DNA of 63,445 bases from an uncultured Bacteroidales bacterium. Lineage in GTDB: Bacteria; Bacteroidota; Bacteroidia; Bacteroidales; JAAAOM01. The position numbers and the translations under genes were made by a program. Shown here one piece after another: positions 57,028-63,445 of the stretch; within the stretch, counting starts at the first letter, position 1; the number at the start of each line of letters is the position of its first letter. The notes beneath the pieces were generated by a model. It did not search any database. It was given only the letters and a program-made list of their open reading frames with translations, and was not told where the DNA came from. The stretch lies in contig CAZZBU010000006.1 in the NCBI GenBank assembly GCA_964652315.1, forward strand, positions 1 through 63,445, given 5' to 3'.

Positions 57028-59301
57028 ATGAAAACTTCAAAAACGTTAGTTTTAGCTTTTGCAGCCGTTTTATTGGCTGGATGTGCACAGGAGCAGCAAC
57101 CTAAATCAGCCCTGCTGCAGTACGACCCTCAAATTGATACCATCATTAGTGAAATGACCCTGGAGGAAAAGGTGAACATGCTTCATGGTAAACACATGTT
57201 TGTATCCGCAGGTGTTGAACGCCTCGGGATTGCCGATATCAAATATGCTGATGGCCCATTTGGCATCCGTGAAGAATTGCAGCCCGATAGTTGGGCTCCC
57301 CTGGGCCTTGAAAATGATAAAGCCACGTTTTTCCCCACAGGCTCGGCCCTGGCTGCCACCTGGAGCCCTGAACTGGCTTATGCTAACGGCACTGCTATGG
57401 CAAAAGAGGCGCGTCTGCGGGGAAAAGATATGATACTGGCCCCGGCCATCAACATTCAACGCATACCTACCGGGGGTAGAACATACGAATACCTGAGTGA
57501 AGATCCATTTCTTAGTGGGCAGCTCTCAGCACAATACACCAAAGGGGTACAAGACAATGGTGTGGCCGTTTGCCTCAAACATTATGCCCTGAATAACCAG
57601 GAAAACAATCGCGGAAAAGTCAATGTGATTGTTGATGAACGCACCATGCGGGAGATATATCTGCCTCCTTTTAAAGCTGCCGTAGTAGATGCCGGTGCTT
57701 ATGGCGTGATGGCAGCCTATAACAAAGTGAATGGCTGGTGGTGCGCCGAGAATGAGACACTGCTTACGGATATTTTACGCGAAGATTGGGGATTCGCCGG
57801 CATGGTGGTTTCCGACTGGGGCGGTACACACAGTACCGTGCACTCTGTTGAACATGGCTTGAATGTTGAGATGCCCGGTGATGAATATCTTGGTCAGGCT
57901 TTACTGGATTCGGTAAAAGCAGGCGCAGTGTCAGAAGAAGTGATAAACCAGCGGGTACGTGAAATATTGCGGGTGAGGTTGGCTATCGAACCTATTCCTG
58001 AGGAAGAGGCAAATGTGGAAATAACATCACAACCACCACAACAGCAAACAGCCTATGATATTGCAAGCAAATCCATTGTTCTGCTCAAGAATGAAGATGT
58101 ACTGCCGTTGCAACTGGAAAACAAACCGGTGATAGCGGTCATTGGTGCAAATGCTGTTCAGACTATGGCTACCGGAGGCCTGGGTGCCGGTGTAAAAGCA
58201 TTGTATGAAGTTACCCCGCTTGAAGGGCTAAAAGGTCGCATAGGCGATAAAGCCGAAATTTTATATGCCGAGGGTTACGTACCGGAGGTTTATACATGGG
58301 GGCGGAAAACTCAGGAACAACTTGCCAAAGAAGCTGAAGAAAAAAAGATGGCAGCAAAAAAGTTAACGGAAGAAGCCCTTAAAGTGGCGGCTAAAGCAGA
58401 TATGGTACTGTTTATTGGTGGTAACAACCGTGCTGTGGAAACCGAGGGCAGCGACAGGGAAAATATTTTCCTGCCTTCCGGACAGGATACCCTGATTACG
58501 AAAATCGCAGAGCTAAACCCAAACATTATTACTGTATTAACCAGCGGTGCTCCTAATGATCTGAATGTGGTGAAGCCACTTTCCAAAGCACTGCTTATTT
58601 CATGGTTTAACGGTACCGAAGGTGGTAATGCACTTGCTGACGTACTGGTGGGCAATATATCACCCAGCGGTCGTTTACCTTTTACCCTGCCCGTTAAACT
58701 GGAAGATTCTCCGGCCTATGCCGAGGGAAACTATCCGCAGGGAACAAAAAGTTCGGATATCTTCAGCGATTTGGTGGAAGAAACCGATCCGCACGGAGAG
58801 GCAACCGGACAGGAGCCTGAAGAAATTGATTCAGATGATCCGAATAATGCCTATTATTCAGAACGATTGCTGGTTGGCTACCGGTGGTTCGATACAAAAG
58901 AAGTCCCCGTAATGTATCCTTTTGGTCATGGATTAACCTATACGACCTTCGAATATGCTGATTTAAACACCGATAAGGAAGAATATGGTAAAAATGATGT
59001 TATCACACTAACATTCGAACTAAATAACACAGGCTCCATGGCTGCCGATGAAGTTGTGCAGGCTTATGTGCACCGCATTGATCCATCTCAGGAATGGCCG
59101 GTAAAAGAACTGAAAGCGTTTTCAAGGGTATCAGTTGAACCAGGCGAAAGCAAGTCTGTAACCCTTGAAATCCCTGTTGAGAATCTAAGGTACTGGAATG
59201 CAGAGAAACAGGCATGGGATGATGATCTTTGTAATATTGAACTGCTGGTGGGGGCCTCAGCCGAAGATATTAAACTTAAAAAACAGGTAGCACTCCGGTA
59301 A
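57028..59301 (+). CDS. GH3 beta-glucosidase-like lipoprotein with Fn3-like domain
   Basis: LAGC lipobox, ADGPFG, GRTYEYLSEDP, KHYALN, VVSDW, GRLPFT, PFGHGLTYT. Confidence 0.92.
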   Translation: MKTSKTLVLAFAAVLLAGCAQEQQPKSALLQYDPQIDTIISEMTLEEKVNMLHGKHMFVSAGVERLGIADIKYADGPFGIREELQPDSWAPLGLENDKATFFPTGSALAATWSPELAYANGTAMAKEARLRGKDMILAPAINIQRIPTGGRTYEYLSEDPFLSGQLSAQYTKGVQDNGVAVCLKHYALNNQENNRGKVNVIVDERTMREIYLPPFKAAVVDAGAYGVMAAYNKVNGWWCAENETLLTDILREDWGFAGMVVSDWGGTHSTVHSVEHGLNVEMPGDEYLGQALLDSVKAGAVSEEVINQRVREILRVRLAIEPIPEEEANVEITSQPPQQQTAYDIASKSIVLLKNEDVLPLQLENKPVIAVIGANAVQTMATGGLGAGVKALYEVTPLEGLKGRIGDKAEILYAEGYVPEVYTWGRKTQEQLAKEAEEKKMAAKKLTEEALKVAAKADMVLFIGGNNRAVETEGSDRENIFLPSGQDTLITKIAELNPNIITVLTSGAPNDLNVVKPLSKALLISWFNGTEGGNALADVLVGNISPSGRLPFTLPVKLEDSPAYAEGNYPQGTKSSDIFSDLVEETDPHGEATGQEPEEIDSDDPNNAYYSERLLVGYRWFDTKEVPVMYPFGHGLTYTTFEYADLNTDKEEYGKNDVITLTFELNNTGSMAADEVVQAYVHRIDPSQEWPVKELKAFSRVSVEPGESKSVTLEIPVENLRYWNAEKQAWDDDLCNIELLVGASAEDIKLKKQVALR

Positions 59302-59331
59302 AAACATAAATCAGCGTTATACAACATTAAG

Positions 59332-59382
59332 TCCAAAAAGACAAGATAAGCTTTTTATCTTGTCTTTTTGGATTTTTTTTTT
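59332..59382 (+). terminator. Intrinsic terminator after the GH3 gene
   Basis: 18-bp perfect stem TCCAAAAAGACAAGATAA/TTATCTTGTCTTTTTGGA followed by a long T-tract. Confidence 0.9.
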
Positions 59383-59568
59383 CTCTTCTTAAATCTGGGA
59401 TAAATTTATTGACCTAAAATAATATTATTAAAGCTATGCACAGTCTGCTATGAATAATTAAATGAAGGCCCAGCATCTGTTACCAGCAAAAATATTTACC
59501 TTTTTTTACTTATATATTTTATTTTTTATAATTTTAAACAACTCATTAAAATTAAAAACACAACAGCT

Positions 59569-59982
59569 ATGATAACACAAATGGATGTACCCAAATGGAA
59601 CAACAAATATTTAACCCATATTGAAGAAATAGATTATCAACACAAATATTTTCTGGGACTCATTCGACGGTTTCAACAGAAAATAAACGATTCCATGAGC
59701 GATTATATCATTGAACGCCATTTGAATGAGATCGTAAAATATGCCCAGTTTCATTTTTTCAGCGAAGAAAATTTAATGATGCTTATCAATTATCCGGATG
59801 TAAAACACCATCAGGAATTGCATAATGAAATAATAGAGCGGCTTGCAACTCGTGTGAACACCTGGAAATCAAATGAACAAAGCCTTGAAAAAATTCTACC
59901 TTTTATGATAGACTGGTTTTTTACGCATACTGTTGAGGAGGATAAAAAAATCGCAGATTTTATGTTAAAAAAATGCGATTAA
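59569..59982 (+). CDS. Single-domain bacteriohemerythrin
   Basis: IDYQH, HFFSEE, HQELH and HTVEED di-iron ligand pattern. Confidence 0.9.
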   Translation: MITQMDVPKWNNKYLTHIEEIDYQHKYFLGLIRRFQQKINDSMSDYIIERHLNEIVKYAQFHFFSEENLMMLINYPDVKHHQELHNEIIERLATRVNTWKSNEQSLEKILPFMIDWFFTHTVEEDKKIADFMLKKCD

Positions 59983-60150
59983 TTTTGAGTTTTTCGGAAT
60001 ATAAGTCATCTAACAAGAGTAAAAAAGAACAAAAAACAACCTGACTGTGAGGCAGAACCTGATGTTAAAAGGTGAATTTTTCCAGAATCCTTCCATAGCA
60101 ACATCCCATGTGTTTGGTCATCTAAGATGTTTTATCATTCTTTCCCGGGA

Positions 60151-60714
60151 TTATTCCCGCCAGTATTCCGGTTTGTCCAATGCTACAGCACATTTAACTT
60201 TACCGGTAATCTTTCTGAGATCACCTGAATTGAGTTTCATCATCATCCATGCATCTTTATCTTTTTCCGGGATGGGATAGGGAGCTGGAAAGCCTGAGTG
60301 TGCAGCATCCGGGATAAACCCGTGTTTCGGATAATATTCCGTATGTCCCAGTACAAAAGCGTAGTCAACATTCATGGCCCGTAGCCGCGACAATCCTTCC
60401 CTGATGAGCAAACCACCAATGCCCTGTTTTTGGTAGGAAGGGACAACTGCCAACGGTGCAAGAATATAACTTCTGCATTCAGGGCTGTTTTCTATAAACG
60501 CCCGGGTAAAGAGAATGTGCCCTACGGCTTGTTTTTTGTGCATTGCCAACAAGGAAACTACGGGTCGTGCTGTTTTGTCCTCTAACAGATTTTTAACCAG
60601 TATTGGTTCTTCCTTGCTGTTAAATGCCAATTCTTCTACCTGCAAAATGCTGCTCAAATGTGTTTGATTGGTCTCAATGCACTGAATGTTATCTTTTTTC
60701 ATTTTCTGTATCAT
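60151..60714 (-). CDS. GNAT N-acetyltransferase (YhbS-like)
   Basis: VGHILFT, LAPLAVVPSYQKQGIGG, VLGHTEYYPKHGF. Confidence 0.87.
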   Translation of the reverse strand: MIQKMKKDNIQCIETNQTHLSSILQVEELAFNSKEEPILVKNLLEDKTARPVVSLLAMHKKQAVGHILFTRAFIENSPECRSYILAPLAVVPSYQKQGIGGLLIREGLSRLRAMNVDYAFVLGHTEYYPKHGFIPDAAHSGFPAPYPIPEKDKDAWMMMKLNSGDLRKITGKVKCAVALDKPEYWRE

Positions 60715-61118
60715 TGTTTGTTATTAAAATGGAATTTTTATAGGTATTCCAACCATAACGAATTAATGCATTCATTTTGATTTAATTTTAAGACCGGATT
60801 ATTCAAAAAGAATAAACCAATCCCTGGTCAATACATGAATATTGATTAAAAAAAGGCGGAGGGGTAATTGATATCAGAATTGATATTCAATTACTTAGCC
60901 CACAATTATACATACAGCGTTGCGTTGCATAAAATGAATTTGTGCCCAAATATAGGTTTTTTTTTGTATTTATATATGGCATTTGATGATTTGGTCCAAT
61001 CTGCATGTTACCCGGTAAGGCGGGGTTGGAAAAGATTTGCCATTAAACTTCCATTCCAATTTACGCCCAAATCCCGAATTCAGGTACTAAATTAATCAGC
61101 TTCGTTGTTTCAACAGAT

Positions 61119-61838
61119 TTACGAAACAACCCCGATTTTTTCTTCATCCTTTTGGTAAAGTACATTCATCTGATCCCTGAATCGCCTAAGATCATTTTTC
61201 AGTTTTCGTCTGAATATGGGTGTTAGAAAAGCGGCCACGAAACGACCTAATTCTGTTTTTGCAGGACGATATATCAGCATCAACTTCACTTGTGTTTCCC
61301 CTATTTCCGGAATTTCATTGAATTCGATGCGGCCGTAGTTTTCCACATCCTTTGGGTCAATCGTGCGCCAGCTAATCCGACGGCCTGGCATATCTTCCAT
61401 AACTTGTGCATTCCAGGTGAATTCCTGACCATTGAATACAGCTGTCCATTCGTATGTAGTGTCATCAATTTTCTTCACCTGCTTTAAATGCTTAAAGTAT
61501 TTTGGAAGATCTTCAAAATTCCGCCATACGGAGTATATTTCTTCTGGTGTGGTACTGATGTATACCGATTTTTTTAATCTAAAGGATTCTGTACCTTCAG
61601 TGGTATCCCATCCGAACGAATCGGTAAGCGGACAGTACCCGCTTGCTCCCCGCCACAAGAGGTAGCCACCGGATAAGGTTAACAACAAGCCGCCTTTACC
61701 AATTTTTTTCAGACCCAGCGTACTGAGAAGTGAACCCAGGGTTGTGGAAGCAAACCGTTCAGCGGTTCCAAGATTTCGCTGCTCTGGCGGTACCAGTAAA
61801 CTCTTCTGTATTATTGATGTGAATGCTTTTGTATACAT
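61119..61838 (-). CDS. DUF2892/YgaP-like membrane segment plus SRPBCC domain protein
   Basis: NLGTAER, LWRGASGYCPL, WRNFEDLP, WNAQV, ISWRT. Confidence 0.8.
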   Translation of the reverse strand: MYTKAFTSIIQKSLLVPPEQRNLGTAERFASTTLGSLLSTLGLKKIGKGGLLLTLSGGYLLWRGASGYCPLTDSFGWDTTEGTESFRLKKSVYISTTPEEIYSVWRNFEDLPKYFKHLKQVKKIDDTTYEWTAVFNGQEFTWNAQVMEDMPGRRISWRTIDPKDVENYGRIEFNEIPEIGETQVKLMLIYRPAKTELGRFVAAFLTPIFRRKLKNDLRRFRDQMNVLYQKDEEKIGVVS

Positions 61839-61879
61839 GATTTTATTATTTAGTGATGTTAATCGCTTCTTTTATTACA

Positions 61880-62086
61880 CTATCTGTTATTACATTCCCT
61901 GCAACAAGAAAAACAACCATTGGTGCTGGTATAATAATCCTGTGCATCTTCTATCGCATCATGGCAGTGGGGATAATCCCCAAGATATCTCGCAAATGTA
62001 AGGTCCGGCATGCGCTCGCATCCTTCACGATGAACCTCGTGCACGCCGTCTTCTGCTGCCTGAGTATTTATATAATAGCGATCCAT
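61880..62086 (-). CDS. Small Cys/His-rich hypothetical protein
   Basis: YYIN...HEVH..GC, YLG.Y.HC..A, NGCFSCC.EC pattern; ATG at 62086. Confidence 0.7.
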   Translation of the reverse strand: MDRYYINTQAAEDGVHEVHREGCERMPDLTFARYLGDYPHCHDAIEDAQDYYTSTNGCFSCCRECNNR

Positions 62087-62207
62087 TTGGTGCTCAACCA
62101 ATGTTATCTCTGATTACTTAACCATTATTCAAGGGAATTGTTTCATCTTTGTAATGAAAATATTTCTCAATTAAAAGGTGTAAAAATAGGTTAATGAGGG
62201 CTTATGT

Positions 62208-63098
62208 ATGAAACATGAATGTTTTGACTGTCATATAAAAACGGTAAACAAACTCATAAAAAAGTTTAAACCTGAAAGTGCCGTAGCAAATGAATTTTTA
62301 ACCCGAAGTGAACATATTTTAAACAAAGGCGCAAAGATGGCCAATCCGGTTCTTGCCAGGGAAATACATAAATTGGCAGAGGAGCTGATTTCTGAAACCG
62401 ACATTTACGAGAATGAAAAAATCACTGCCAACGATACCCTGCTGAAGAAGTACGATTATTGGAAAAATATGGTTCTTGAAGATAAAAATCCGTTAAACAT
62501 GGCAGTCAGGCTAGCTGTAGCCGGAAACATTATTGATTATGGGGCGCATACAGCCACTGATGATGTTGATAAGGATATTCAAGCTGTGCTTCATACACCC
62601 TTAACCATTGATGAAACAGATCAAATGCTGGAACGCATCAGGAAAGCAAACATGGTGCTTTATCTGGGTGATAATGCCGGGGAAATTGTGTTCGACAGAT
62701 TATTTATAGAGGTATTGGATCATCCTAATGTGATATATGTTGTCAAAGCGTATCCAATTATTAATGATGTTACAATAAAGGATGCAAGACAAACATCAAT
62801 GGAAGAAGTAGCCCGCGTAATTTCAAATGGATATGATGCACCATCTACCTTGCTTGATCATTGCTCTGATGAGTTTCTTAAGCATTTTAACATGGCCGAT
62901 GTGATAATTTCCAAAGGACAGGGCAATTTTGAAGGCCTGATGCATAGCAGAAGGGCGAACATCTTTTTTCTGCTTATGGCAAAGTGCGATCCGGTGGCCA
63001 ACCTTATCGGAGTGCAAAAAGGAGATATGGTAGTAGCCGGCAGCGAACGTTTAAACATTATGAATTTAAACGGAAATGATCAACAAAAAACATTATGA
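62208..63098 (+). CDS. ARMT1/DUF89 damage-control phosphatase
   Basis: CFDC, AVAGNIIDYG, LGDNAGEIVFD, PIINDVT, ISKGQGNFE, LMAKC. Confidence 0.9.
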   Translation: MKHECFDCHIKTVNKLIKKFKPESAVANEFLTRSEHILNKGAKMANPVLAREIHKLAEELISETDIYENEKITANDTLLKKYDYWKNMVLEDKNPLNMAVRLAVAGNIIDYGAHTATDDVDKDIQAVLHTPLTIDETDQMLERIRKANMVLYLGDNAGEIVFDRLFIEVLDHPNVIYVVKAYPIINDVTIKDARQTSMEEVARVISNGYDAPSTLLDHCSDEFLKHFNMADVIISKGQGNFEGLMHSRRANIFFLLMAKCDPVANLIGVQKGDMVVAGSERLNIMNLNGNDQQKTL

Positions 63099-63445
63099 TA
63101 GCTTTTGGTCTCATTCCTTCAAGAAGACTTGGCTCAAGCCTTGGTATAAATAACATTGTAAAAAGAAAACAATGCAGCTATAACTGTGTATATTGTCAGG
63201 TGGGTAAAACTACGCACAAAACAACAATCAGGGAATCGAATTATGAACCGGAAGTGTTGCTTTGTGAAGTGAAAAATCATTTGTATAAACTTGATGCAAC
63301 ACATCAACCCGATTACCTTACTTTTGTTGCCAATGGAGAACCTACGCTTGATTTAAACCTCGGCGAAGAAATTACCCTGTTGAAGCAATTAACTGGCAGA
63401 TTTTATTGGCCGGTTAAAACCAGATACTGCTTATCTCTCTATTCC
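63095..63445 (+). pseudogene. Radical SAM gene, apparently disrupted by an internal deletion with frameshift; truncated by the window end; absent from the ORF track
   Basis: ATGA overlap with the DUF89 stop; MIAFGLIPSRRLGSSLGINN...CSYNCVYC (CxxxCxxC)...YLTFVANGEPTL...LKQL; the +1 frame from 63393 reads LADFIGRLKPDTAYLSI. Confidence 0.72.

Noticed and set aside
58730-58850. Acidic insertion in the GH3 protein
   Set aside because: Variable loops are common at this position in GH3 enzymes.
307-63058. Numerous 60-180-aa antisense or nested ORFs in the supplied track
   Set aside because: They overlap confidently assigned genes and show no motifs; treated as shadow ORFs.
1-63445. CRISPR arrays, tRNA/rRNA genes, transposases, integrases, phage genes
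   Set aside because: No regularly spaced repeats, cloverleaf/T-loop signatures or mobile-element proteins were seen on manual reading.

Overview
AT-rich chromosomal segment of a Bacteroidota bacterium, probably Bacteroidales/Marinilabiliales-like. This is inferred from purH-mreBCD-mrdA-rodA and rsmA-mgtE synteny, TAnnTTTG promoters and RemB/Wzi-like and DUF1080 proteins. Housekeeping genes (gpsA, pgi, acpH, rod-shape operon, purH, mgtE, rsmA, patB, recJ, lipB, cobB, ubiX, comF) are interleaved with a dense signalling and oxygen-related set: cydAB, a 12-PAS REC-histidine kinase with a NarL-type regulator and a stand-alone receiver, two SiaC/DUF1987 proteins, a TPR-PP2C phosphatase, an output-less HAMP-GAF receptor, a Crp/Fnr regulator and a hemerythrin. 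No tRNA, rRNA, CRISPR array or transposase was seen. The most interesting signals are non-coding. (1) A candidate sigma54 promoter plus enhancer drives a short transcript with four UAGGU repeats at the left edge. (2) The 760-nt gap after the HK/NarL pair holds two tandem terminated RNA units, one with mutually exclusive folds and one with GGUUUG repeats. Together these suggest an uncharacterised repeat-motif sRNA (sponge-like) system. Two genes carry apparent internal deletions: a hybrid kinase without its H-box and a frameshifted radical SAM gene. No databases or folding programs were run; calls come from motif recognition and manual pairing.
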